From the sequence record SRR22947727_1198: a stretch of 49,285 bases of DNA; one strand, given 5' to 3'. A program made the translations under genes and the position numbers. Below are positions 37,159 to 47,562 of the stretch, piece by piece (position 1 is the first letter of the stretch; every line of letters begins with the position of its first letter). Under the pieces are notes generated by a model, which was not told the DNA's origin, ran no database searches, and was given only the letters and a program-made list of their open reading frames with translations.

Positions 37159-38430
37159 ATGAGTAACAAAAAATCTAAAGAAGAAATAGTGACTGATAAT
37201 TTATCGGATATAAATATCTATGACCCTAAATTTAGCATAAATCCTTTTCAATTATATGAAAAATTACATTTAAATGAACCAATTATATTCTTAAATAATT
37301 CTAAAACTTGGTTAGTTACAGGCGCAGATATAATAACTGAGATATGCAGCCAACCACATTTATTTTCCAATGATATTTCTGTATTATTAGCGGGACTGCA
37401 TTCAGAAAAACCAAGAGTTAAAAAAATACTTGAGCAAGGGTTGCCTCAAGTACCTGTGCTTCTTATGTCAGACCCACCTGATCACAGTCGCTTTAGAAGA
37501 CTAGTTGGAATGGCTTTTAGTGGCCCAAGAATAAACATTATAGAGTCTGATATACGTAAAATTTCTAATAGTATTTTGAATAATTTAGATACTGAAATAC
37601 CCTGGGATTTTATTTCAGAATATGCAATCCCAATGCCTGTTAATGTAATAGGGGGTCAATTAGGATTAAAGAAAAGTGATATAAATAAAATTAGATCATG
37701 GTCCGATGCTTTTACCGATCGCTTAAGCGGCATGATTGATGAAAAACGTGAAGAGGAATGCGCTCATGCCGTAGTAGACTTTCAAAAAACTATGCAACGT
37801 CAAATTACATTACGCCGTGAATATAAACATGATGATTTACTAGGCGATTTAGTCTCAGCAAGTTCGGATGGTGACAAACCACTTTCAAATGCGGAAATTG
37901 TTTCAATCATACAACAAATTATGGTTGCTGGAAATGAAACTTCCACTAGTGCGATGGCTGAGGGTATAAAACTTTTGATAGAAAACCCAAATCAGATGGA
38001 ATTTTTAAGACAAGATAGCTCTTTAATAAAAAATACGGTTGAAGAAATATTAAGACTGGCAAGTCCAGTGGCTGGAAGCTGGAGAGTAGCAACAAGGGAT
38101 GTAACTGTTTCAGGAAAAAAAATTAAAAAAGGTGACAGAATAATGCTTCGCTTTGCCGCTGCTAGTAGGGATTCAAGTAAATTTAATCTGCCAAATAAAA
38201 TGAATATTAATCGTCAAAACTCCAAGATGCACTTTGCATTTGGCCGTGGTATACACACCTGTGTTGGTAGTATGCTTGCACGTAGAGAAATCAGCATTTG
38301 TTTAGAGCACATGATTAATAAGTTTAAAACAATTGAACTAACTGATTATAATAAAGACCACGCATATAATCCTAATGTTATGCTCAGAGGCCTTGAGGTC
38401 TTAAATATAAAAACTACACTTAAAAATTAA
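37159..38430 (+). CDS. Cytochrome P450
   Basis: DPPDH, I-helix AGNETST, EEILR, heme loop FGRGIHTCVG. Confidence 0.96.
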   Translation: MSNKKSKEEIVTDNLSDINIYDPKFSINPFQLYEKLHLNEPIIFLNNSKTWLVTGADIITEICSQPHLFSNDISVLLAGLHSEKPRVKKILEQGLPQVPVLLMSDPPDHSRFRRLVGMAFSGPRINIIESDIRKISNSILNNLDTEIPWDFISEYAIPMPVNVIGGQLGLKKSDINKIRSWSDAFTDRLSGMIDEKREEECAHAVVDFQKTMQRQITLRREYKHDDLLGDLVSASSDGDKPLSNAEIVSIIQQIMVAGNETSTSAMAEGIKLLIENPNQMEFLRQDSSLIKNTVEEILRLASPVAGSWRVATRDVTVSGKKIKKGDRIMLRFAAASRDSSKFNLPNKMNINRQNSKMHFAFGRGIHTCVGSMLARREISICLEHMINKFKTIELTDYNKDHAYNPNVMLRGLEVLNIKTTLKN

Positions 38431-38938
38431 ATCTACCTATATCATTCCAACCTGACAATCTATCAGGCCAAGTATCAAGTTCATTATGCAAAGCAGAAAA
38501 TAACAATCCCCTACCCTTAAAATTTTCAAAATTATGAATATGATCATCTATTAGATAATCGGCCGAAATTATACTTTTATCACCGCAAAACACTATTCTT
38601 TTAGTTTCAAAGAATGGTAAGTGTTTTTTAATCCATTCATATTTAGCTTTAAAAGAATTGGGAACAAACATAGCAGCTGTAGTTATAAAAACTTCATGAT
38701 TATTTTGTAATGTTTTAAGCGTTTCAATTGAGTTTACTACGGGCTTCAAATTAAAAAAAAACTCTGCTGTTTCAAGTCTTTTTGAAAGTGCAAAATGTTG
38801 ATCAATACTTAAAACATCTTTAAATCTTTGGCCTGGTAACATAGATGGCTCAATAGCATAAGTTTTACTTAACCAATCAAGCAGACCTTTATGTGCATCT
38901 GCTATAACGTGATCCATATCAATTGCTATTCTTGCCAT
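38420..38938 (-). CDS. 5'(3')-deoxyribonucleotidase (NT5C, HAD family)
   Basis: IDMDHVIAD, KYEWI..H.PF, FCGDK..I.ADYLIDD. Confidence 0.92.
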   Translation of the reverse strand: MARIAIDMDHVIADAHKGLLDWLSKTYAIEPSMLPGQRFKDVLSIDQHFALSKRLETAEFFFNLKPVVNSIETLKTLQNNHEVFITTAAMFVPNSFKAKYEWIKKHLPFFETKRIVFCGDKSIISADYLIDDHIHNFENFKGRGLLFSALHNELDTWPDRLSGWNDIGRFNF

Positions 38939-39122
38939 TATTTTACCAATCTAAGTATGTAAAAAAAATCTTAATGTAATAATTACACTAATATAGATTT
39001 ATACTTTTTATTATTATAATTGTTTTTTTATATTATGCGTGTAATCTGTTAAGATATAATAAAAAGGATTAGTTATCAATAATTGGCAAAAATTCATATG
39101 GGTCTCAGAGAGATCAATTTTA

Positions 39123-39476
39123 ATGATAATAGCAGTTGCTACATTATATGCTACTGGAATTGAGATTTATAGACTAATCCAATCTCAAGTTGTGAACTTA
39201 AGTGATTTATTTTTATTGTTCATTTACGCGGAAGTTCTTGGAATGGTTGGATCATTTTATGTGAGTAGTAGGCTACCCGTAACTTTACCGATAATAATAG
39301 CGATGACAGCATTAACTAGAATGATAATTTTACAAAGCAAAGAAATTGATGCCGTTAATATTATTTATGAAGCTTCAGGAATACTTATATTAGCACTAGC
39401 AGCTTACATTATGACCCTTAAAGACAAAATTAGTCTGGAGAAGCTGCAGTATAGAAAAGATATGACAGATAAATAG
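39123..39476 (+). CDS. PsiE-family membrane protein (start probably further upstream)
   Basis: DLFLLFIYAEVLGMV, LP..LPIIIAMTALTR; frame open from 39063. Confidence 0.85.
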   Translation: MIIAVATLYATGIEIYRLIQSQVVNLSDLFLLFIYAEVLGMVGSFYVSSRLPVTLPIIIAMTALTRMIILQSKEIDAVNIIYEASGILILALAAYIMTLKDKISLEKLQYRKDMTDK

Positions 39477-39546
39477 TTACCTCTTATTTATTTTAAAATT
39501 CTTAAAGAATAACAATTTCAAAATAATTCAAATTTTATCAATCCAG

Positions 39547-39561
39547 TTAACCTCTTGTTAT
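39547..39561 (+). promoter_or_regulatory. CtrA-box-like site upstream of ccrM
   Basis: TTAA-CCTCTTG-TTAT (TTAA-N7-TTAA with one mismatch); GANTC (GATTC) at 39578-39582. Confidence 0.55.
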
Positions 39562-39591
39562 CCAAATCAAGTGCAATGATTCTTTATATAG

Positions 39592-40695
<1,104 letters not shown>

Positions 40696-40722
40696 AACTA
40701 TGACTCAAAAATATTTTTGAAT

Positions 40723-41778
40723 TTATTTCATTGATATTTTTAAAGCTTTTAACATTACCGTTGGCAAAGCATAAGTTTCTATAGTATTTAAATCAGCCCA
40801 AATTCCTTGATTATCATCTGCTTTTCCGTAAGCCCTGTAAACCTCAAGCTCTAATTTAAAGTGACTAAAAGTATGGAAGACTAGCTCAGGACATTTTTCC
40901 CAGTTTTTTGCAGCAGGTGCTGACTGTATTGAAAGAGATTTATTTTCACTCCATGTAGTACCAGGAAAGCCCATCATTCCACCCAATAGCCCACTGTCAG
41001 GTCGTTGCCTCAAGAATACTGAATCATTGTTACTTAAAATAAAAACAGCACCATATCTGATTGGTAATTTCTTTTTTTTTATTTTTTTGGGATATTGGAT
41101 TTGTGATCCATCCGTTTGAGCTGCGCATTCATCTAGCCAGGGGCAATCAGAACATTTAGGAGCTTTAGGAGTGCAAATAGTTGAGCCTAAATCCATTAAA
41201 GCTTGACCATAGTCACCTGGCCGATCAGTGGGAGCTAAAACTCCTGCTTTAATTCGATAAATATTGCGGTATTTAGGTAATGGATCTTCAATTTTAAAAA
41301 TTCGGCTGATTACCCTCTCAACATTACTATCAACTATGTTCGTGGGCTCGTCAAAACAGATGGCTGCTATTGCTGCTGCTGCATATGGTCCTATACCTGG
41401 TAATTTTAATAATTCAAATTCATGTTTTGGAAAAAAACCACCATACTGATCTCTTATTAATTGCGCGCATTTATGTAAGTTTCTTGCTCTAGCATAATAA
41501 CCCAGGCCGGACCACATTGCCATTATTTTATCGCGGTTTGAATCAGCTAAATCAATTACGGTAGGAAACTCAAAAATAAACTTTTCCCAATATGGAGTTG
41601 CATGAGCAATTGTTGTCTGTTGTAACATAATTTCAGATAGCCATACAGCATATGGGTCTACTTTTTTACCCGCAAGTTTATCTTCAGGTCTAATACGCCA
41701 CGGCAGAGAACGGCCATAATGATCATACCAAGCTAGCAATTCAATTTGCATTTGGAGGACTTTATTATTATTTTTCAT
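40723..41778 (-). CDS. mutY: A/G-specific adenine glycosylase
   Basis: LPWR, SEIMLQQT, WSGLGYYARARNL, HhH LPGIGPY, Fe-S Cys motif, NUDIX-like HTFSHF. Confidence 0.96.
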   Translation of the reverse strand: MKNNNKVLQMQIELLAWYDHYGRSLPWRIRPEDKLAGKKVDPYAVWLSEIMLQQTTIAHATPYWEKFIFEFPTVIDLADSNRDKIMAMWSGLGYYARARNLHKCAQLIRDQYGGFFPKHEFELLKLPGIGPYAAAAIAAICFDEPTNIVDSNVERVISRIFKIEDPLPKYRNIYRIKAGVLAPTDRPGDYGQALMDLGSTICTPKAPKCSDCPWLDECAAQTDGSQIQYPKKIKKKKLPIRYGAVFILSNNDSVFLRQRPDSGLLGGMMGFPGTTWSENKSLSIQSAPAAKNWEKCPELVFHTFSHFKLELEVYRAYGKADDNQGIWADLNTIETYALPTVMLKALKISMK

Positions 41779-41833
41779 AGGATTAACAAACTGAACACTT
41801 TACGTTAGCGGCGCAATAGGCCAAATAAGATAT

Positions 41834-42364
41834 GTGGATAATTCATACAAACAAAAAAAAAGCATTAACGATTGGCTTTATCAAAAAAGAGGTAAAGCTC
41901 AGTACAGACCTGCACCTACTGTAGCAGTCTCAGTAAGTAAGGTAATAAAGCCATTTTCTAAAAAATTTGGTAAAGGCGGATCTTCAGCATCTACATTAAC
42001 AAGATATTGGCCTGAAATTGTTGGTGAACGATGGGCTAAGATTTCTAAGCCTATCAAATTTACAGGAACCCACAATAGAAGAACGCTAGTTATTGCAGCA
42101 CCAGGAGCAGCGGCAACATTAATAACATCTGCAAATCAAACTATAATTGAACGACTAAATGCGCACTTTGGTGAAGAGTACATACATAAAATACGCGTAT
42201 TACAAACAAAATTAATAAAAGCTGATAAACTACCACCCATATCAAGACGAGGCCTAACCCCAAAAGAAGAATGCAAACTAGCTAAAGGTCTTGAAACTAT
42301 AAAAAACAAGGAATTAAAGCTAGCTTTAGAAAAGTTTGGGAGAGGAGTAATATCAGATGATTAA
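41834..42364 (+). CDS. dciA: DUF721/DciA family protein
   Basis: WPEIVG motif, IIERLN.HFG; conserved position divergent from mutY and upstream of dsbA. Confidence 0.82.
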   Translation: MDNSYKQKKSINDWLYQKRGKAQYRPAPTVAVSVSKVIKPFSKKFGKGGSSASTLTRYWPEIVGERWAKISKPIKFTGTHNRRTLVIAAPGAAATLITSANQTIIERLNAHFGEEYIHKIRVLQTKLIKADKLPPISRRGLTPKEECKLAKGLETIKNKELKLALEKFGRGVISDD

Positions 42365-43058
42365 GTTTTTTTTGACACTTTCAATAACATTAATATTTAT
42401 AGCTAATGTTTCTGAGGCTAAAAATAATCACTATGGACATAACCACGATATCAAAGAACAAAGTATAACAACTAATGGGGTATTCACTTTAAGTGAAGCG
42501 CCAGATGATCATGTTTTAGGTTCAATTTCGGCTCCTATTACATTTATTGTTTGGGCATCAGTAACTTGCCCTCATTGTTCAGATTGGTTTAGTAATGAAT
42601 GGCCAATATTTAAAAAAATTCTAGTTGAAACAGGTAAAGTTCGTTTTGTTTTTCGTGAGTTGCCCACACAGCCTGCTCAATTAGCTATGTTAGGCTTTAT
42701 GATGGCAGAGTGCGCAGCGCCTGAAAGGTACTTTGATATAATAGAGTTTCAAATGCTAAATCAAAAAGAAATGCTTGAAATGGCGAGTAAAGGCGAGGCT
42801 CTTTCATTTTATAAAAAAATTGGAATAATGTCAGGCCTTAAAGATGATAATGCTATAAATACGTGCATGCAAACTGAAGAAAAATATAAACACATAATAA
42901 ATAATGGTAAAAGAGCACAAAGTGCAGGCGTATCTGGAGTACCTTCTTTTTACATAAATGGTAAAAATTATAATAAAGAATTGGATGCAATAAATTTAAT
43001 AAATTTAGTAGAAAAGATGAATCAAAGGGGCTCATCTGATTTTACTGATTTAAACTAA
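42357..43058 (+). CDS. dsbA: DsbA-family thiol-disulfide oxidoreductase
   Basis: Signal peptide, CPHC, FRELP, cis-Pro GVPSFYING. Confidence 0.9.
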   Translation: MIKFFLTLSITLIFIANVSEAKNNHYGHNHDIKEQSITTNGVFTLSEAPDDHVLGSISAPITFIVWASVTCPHCSDWFSNEWPIFKKILVETGKVRFVFRELPTQPAQLAMLGFMMAECAAPERYFDIIEFQMLNQKEMLEMASKGEALSFYKKIGIMSGLKDDNAINTCMQTEEKYKHIINNGKRAQSAGVSGVPSFYINGKNYNKELDAINLINLVEKMNQRGSSDFTDLN

Positions 43059-43132
43059 ATAAACTTGAACACCACAATTAGAAAGTTATTTGCATAACTT
43101 CGAAAATATAAAGTCTAAAGGCTTATAACTAT

Positions 43133-44215
43133 ATGCAGTATGGTCAAAACATCCTTTCTAATTATATTAATGGAAGTAAAGTCTACAAACGTAGCTTTAA
43201 AAAGAGCGATGGCCGTAATCTTAGCTTATATGGTTATAAGCGGCATGATGAAAATCCATTGAAAGAGGATAATTTTGAACAAGCTAAAGCTGGTGAACTA
43301 CGTTGGCACCCTCTTAGGCGCGAACATGTAATATATACGCCTAACCGTCAAAACCGTATATTTAAGCCGTCTATCACAAGTGATCCATTAAATCCATCTG
43401 TTAAAGGTAAAAAACCTACTGAAATTCCATTTGAGAATTTTGAATTAGCCATATTTGATAATAAGTTTTCTAGCCTTTACTCTGATGCGCCTTTACCCTC
43501 CCAATTATCTGGAATAAATACCAGTAGGGCAAAAGGACATTGCGATGTTGTAGTATATGGACCTGAGTCCACAGGTAACTTATACTCAATAGGCCAGTCC
43601 AAAAGACGGTTACTTATTGAAGCTTGGATAGATCGATATGAAAGTCTATATAATGATGGCTATAAATTTGTATTACCATTTGAAAACAGAGGTGATGCTG
43701 TTGGTGCAACATTAAGTCACCCGCATGGCCAGATTTATGCCTTCCCATTCATTCCTAGAGTGCAAAATGATGCCTTGAAATCATTTAATAATGGTTATGA
43801 TTTATCTGATTACATACAAACTAATAAATCGGAATTTGGAGTTGCAGAGTCTGATGGAATTGAAGCATTCTGCCCATCTTTTTCTAGATTTCCATATGAA
43901 GTATGGCTAGCCCCTAAGGTAAGAAGAGAAGGATTATGGGATTTAAAAGATATTGAAAAAGAAGGGTTTGCGTTCTTACTTGGGGATATAACAAGAAAGT
44001 ATGATTTACTATTTAATGAACCAATGGCATATATGTTATCCCTGCACTCAGCCCCTCTAGGTGAAAGTGGTAACTGGCATTTTACAGCGCAGTTCTATCC
44101 AATAATGAGGGCCAAAGGTAAAATTAAATACCTTGCTGCGGTAGAACAGTCATCGGGCACATTTACTGTTGATGTAATGCCAGAAGTTTCTTCAAAGGTA
44201 TTAAGAAAATTATAA
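43133..44215 (+). CDS. galT: Galactose-1-phosphate uridylyltransferase
   Basis: ELRWHPL, FENRG..VGATLSHPHGQIY (HPH nucleophile), KYLA.VE. Confidence 0.94.
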   Translation: MQYGQNILSNYINGSKVYKRSFKKSDGRNLSLYGYKRHDENPLKEDNFEQAKAGELRWHPLRREHVIYTPNRQNRIFKPSITSDPLNPSVKGKKPTEIPFENFELAIFDNKFSSLYSDAPLPSQLSGINTSRAKGHCDVVVYGPESTGNLYSIGQSKRRLLIEAWIDRYESLYNDGYKFVLPFENRGDAVGATLSHPHGQIYAFPFIPRVQNDALKSFNNGYDLSDYIQTNKSEFGVAESDGIEAFCPSFSRFPYEVWLAPKVRREGLWDLKDIEKEGFAFLLGDITRKYDLLFNEPMAYMLSLHSAPLGESGNWHFTAQFYPIMRAKGKIKYLAAVEQSSGTFTVDVMPEVSSKVLRKL

Positions 44216-45282
44216 TGTCGTCCAGTCTAACATTCAGAAATATCTATAACTCTCAACCAGACATTTCGTCTTTTACACCAGGACGTGTAAATTTAATTGG
44301 GGAACATATTGATTATAATGGTGGCATGGTACTACCAGCCACACTCGAAAAAGGAATTTTTATTAGCTTAAAATCTAGGAGTGACAATCGTATAAGAATT
44401 TATTCAGACCAATTTCGTAGAGTTGAAGAATTGAACATTAATGATTCAGCAACATCTAATTGGTCCGATTATGCATTAGGAAGTATTGTTTTTGCGAATA
44501 AAGCTGGTTTTTTGAATGGAGGTGCAGACATTGCTATAACAACTACATTGCCTTTAGGAGCAGGGCTTTCATCATCTTCTGCATTAATCGTTGGAATCTT
44601 AAAACTAGCAGCAAGTTTATCGAAGAGACCTTATGATAACATTAAAATCGCAATTTTAGCTAAACGTGTAGAAAATGAATTCATTGGAATACCTTGCGGT
44701 ATAATGGACCAAATGGTTATATCATGCTCAGACTTAGGAAAAGCCATAGCTTTAGATACTAAAACTTTAGATTTCGAAATACTTACATTACCAAATGCCT
44801 ATCATATGGCAATTTTGCACTCAGGAGAATATAGATTAAATACAGACGGGAACTACAGAAAACGTAAAGAGGAATGTGATAAAATAAAAGAAATTATAGG
44901 TCACAATGACATATGCAATATGTCAAACAATGATTTTGCTTTATTAAATAATATTTCAACTGATTTGAAACAACGAGCACGTCATTGTGTTACGGAGCAC
45001 CAAAGAACATTAAACGCCATTAAAGCTATTAAAAAGGATAATGTTTTTAAATTAGGCCTTTTAATGACAGAAAGCCACATTTCAATGCGAGATGACTTTA
45101 AAGTGAGTTTACCAAATATCGACAGTTTAGTTCATGATGCTATTGATTTAGGCGCGGTCGGTGCAAGACTAACGGGAGGAGGCTTTGGGGGTTGTATCGT
45201 TGCTTGTGTTTTAAAAGAAAACTTAACAACCTGGCGACAAAAATTATTATCACGCCATCCAAGAGCTTTTAGTGTGATCTAA
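44215..45282 (+). CDS. galK: Galactokinase
   Basis: PGRVNLIGEHIDY, PLGAGLSSS, CGIMDQ, GARLTGGGFGG. Confidence 0.96.
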   Translation: MSSSLTFRNIYNSQPDISSFTPGRVNLIGEHIDYNGGMVLPATLEKGIFISLKSRSDNRIRIYSDQFRRVEELNINDSATSNWSDYALGSIVFANKAGFLNGGADIAITTTLPLGAGLSSSSALIVGILKLAASLSKRPYDNIKIAILAKRVENEFIGIPCGIMDQMVISCSDLGKAIALDTKTLDFEILTLPNAYHMAILHSGEYRLNTDGNYRKRKEECDKIKEIIGHNDICNMSNNDFALLNNISTDLKQRARHCVTEHQRTLNAIKAIKKDNVFKLGLLMTESHISMRDDFKVSLPNIDSLVHDAIDLGAVGARLTGGGFGGCIVACVLKENLTTWRQKLLSRHPRAFSVI

Positions 45283-45290
45283 GGATATCT

Positions 45291-46286
45291 ATGAAACTAA
45301 AGAACTTACAAGGAAAATCAATAATTGTTGTCGGTGGAGCAGGTTATATTGGTTCACACGTCTGCAAGAAAATTTCTTCTAAAGGAGGGCTACCCATAGT
45401 TTTCGATAACTTCAGTGCTGGACACAAGCATGCGATAAAGTGGGGGCCATATGAAAAGGTGGATTTAAGAAATAATAAGGAAACATCAAAAGCTTTTGAA
45501 AAGTACAAATCTGTTGAAACAGTGATTCACCTAGCAAGTTCTATTGAGGTTAATACTGGAGAAAAATTTCCCTCTGAATTTTATACAAATAATGTGCTCG
45601 GCACTTTAAATTTACTAAATGCTATGAAAAACACTAACGCAAGAAAAATAATATTTTCATCCACTTGTGCCACTTATGGAGAAATTGAAGATGTTCCAAT
45701 TTTAGAAACAGTTATACAGAATCCTTTAAGTGTTTATGGTAAAACAAAATTAGCCATGGAACATATGATCGAAAGTTTTCACAAAGCATATGATCTCAAT
45801 TATATTATTCTTAGGTATTTTAATGCTGCAGGAGCAGATCCCGAAGGTGATATTGGTGAGGAACATGATCCTGAAACCCATTTAATTCCAAACGCTCTGA
45901 ACGCCGCAGCTAGTGGTAAATCAATGAAAATTTTTGGAACTGATTATGATACAATTGATGGGACCTGCATTAGAGATTACATTCATGTTAATGACATAGC
46001 ACAAGCCCATATAGACTCTATTCAGGCTCAAAAAAATGGTCTTAAGTCAGCTGATGTAAATATTGGCACAGGAGAAGGTTACAGTATTTTTCAAATTCTA
46101 AGTATGATCGAAAAAGTAACAGGTTACAAAGTTAAATATAAAATATGTCAAAAAAGAGCGGGTGATTTAGCAAAAATTTATGCAGATACAAGTAAAGCTG
46201 AAAATGTTTTAGGTTTTAAAACTAAATATTCAAATTTAGAAAATATTATTCAAACTGCCTGGAATTTTTATAAGAATAAAAAATGA
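45291..46286 (+). CDS. galE: UDP-glucose 4-epimerase
   Basis: GGAGYIGSH, SSTCATYG, YGKTK, LRYFNAAGA, DGTCIRDYIHV. Confidence 0.96.
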   Translation: MKLKNLQGKSIIVVGGAGYIGSHVCKKISSKGGLPIVFDNFSAGHKHAIKWGPYEKVDLRNNKETSKAFEKYKSVETVIHLASSIEVNTGEKFPSEFYTNNVLGTLNLLNAMKNTNARKIIFSSTCATYGEIEDVPILETVIQNPLSVYGKTKLAMEHMIESFHKAYDLNYIILRYFNAAGADPEGDIGEEHDPETHLIPNALNAAASGKSMKIFGTDYDTIDGTCIRDYIHVNDIAQAHIDSIQAQKNGLKSADVNIGTGEGYSIFQILSMIEKVTGYKVKYKICQKRAGDLAKIYADTSKAENVLGFKTKYSNLENIIQTAWNFYKNKK

Positions 46287-46392
46287 ATCGTATCTCTATC
46301 CATGCTGCCATCCCTGGGTGATCACTCATCACATGCAGCGAGCTGTAAAGCCTATCATAGGATCACTCCAATCAGAGCATTACAATCGAATT

Positions 46393-47358
46393 CTAGTACG
46401 CAGCATTTCTTGCGACAAGGTCCTGGTAAAAATCCATTTCAAGAAATGGCGCGAGTGACGCGACCCGATCCGGTTTGAACAGTTCCACGGCATATAACTG
46501 GCTAGGATGCGATACTCCGCCCATTCCGAAGGAGCTGAAGTTGGATAGGGTCTCGATGTTCTTTTTCGACGCGATGATCCAACCAATTCGAATTCCCGGG
46601 CATTGGAGGCCTTTGGTGCATGCCCCGGAAAGAAACACATTGGAGTTATCTAGGTCAGTGACATACTGCAAGCCGCTGACCGCTGGCGAATGAAACATCT
46701 CATACGCTTCGTCGAGCAGTATCCCGTTTTGCGGTGACTCTGCCATCTTCACGATTTCTTTTAATTCATCACCCGTGCGAGTGTGTCCGGTCGGGTTACT
46801 TGGATTTGAAATCACAGGAAACAGCATTGTTTTATGATTCAATCCGGTTCGGTCAAAATACTCGGCATTGCTTGGATGAAAATTGTTCTCAGGCGTCATC
46901 GCGACTGTTTTCCAGTCTGCGTTCGTTTGGGTCAGGATATCCAAATATGCCGGCCACTCGACATTCCCAATGCGAATCTGGATGTCCTTTTTCAAGAATG
47001 AAAGGATCGAGTAGATACCAGGGCGGCCACCGGCAAAGATCATCACGTTATCAGGCGTAATGTTCGAACCGTAGTAAGTGTTGTAGTAGTCGACAATAGT
47101 TTCGCGCAATAGTGGATGACCCCATGCTTTCGGATAGAACCTGTCTTCCCATGTCACATCGACAGATGGAGGAAGCGCAGGCCCGTTGAACTTATCTAAA
47201 GGCGTGGTCAGAGGAAAACCCTGAGACCAGGGGTGCGTATCTTTAGCACCCATAAATTGGCCAAAAACATCATTGAAGGCATAAAGTGTTTCGTAAATAC
47301 CCATGGGTGGAACGTCATCGAGAAGAAATGATTGTGTATTTTGATTTGTTCGTGTCAT
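46393..47358 (-). pseudogene. PLP-dependent aminotransferase class I/II, C-terminally truncated at the att repeat
   Basis: SNPSNPTG, DEAY, TKG...PGIRIGW; only 321 aa, and the last ~22 codons are read through and beyond the tRNA-3' repeat. Confidence 0.7.
46433..46460 (-). repeat. att-like direct repeat of the tRNA 3' end
   Basis: 26/28 identical to 49236-49263, including an exact 19-mer AGAAATGGCGCGAGTGACG (46442-46460 = 49245-49263). Confidence 0.9.
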
Positions 47359-47562
47359 GGCTGCTTGAAATTTCCTATCGTCTGATATTCGGTGTCGGAA
47401 TGAACGACTTGATAAAAGTCTAGCCCCAATTTAATGAACCATTTCGAGACAGGTGGCCAGCAATAGGCGTCATCGGGCGGCATTGATTGTGATGTAAACA
47501 TGGAAACCTCTTTTTTGTTATGGGTGTTTTCTTTGCGATATATTCATTGAAGATTTCGAGGG

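Noticed and set aside
107-38430. Canonical steroid or aromatic ring-cleavage cluster
   Set aside because: No recognisable KstD, HsaA/C/D, extradiol/intradiol dioxygenase or meta-cleavage genes despite steroid-like families.
107-38430. Recent horizontal acquisition of the catabolic island
   Set aside because: Composition looks like the housekeeping block; no integrase, IS or boundary repeat seen.
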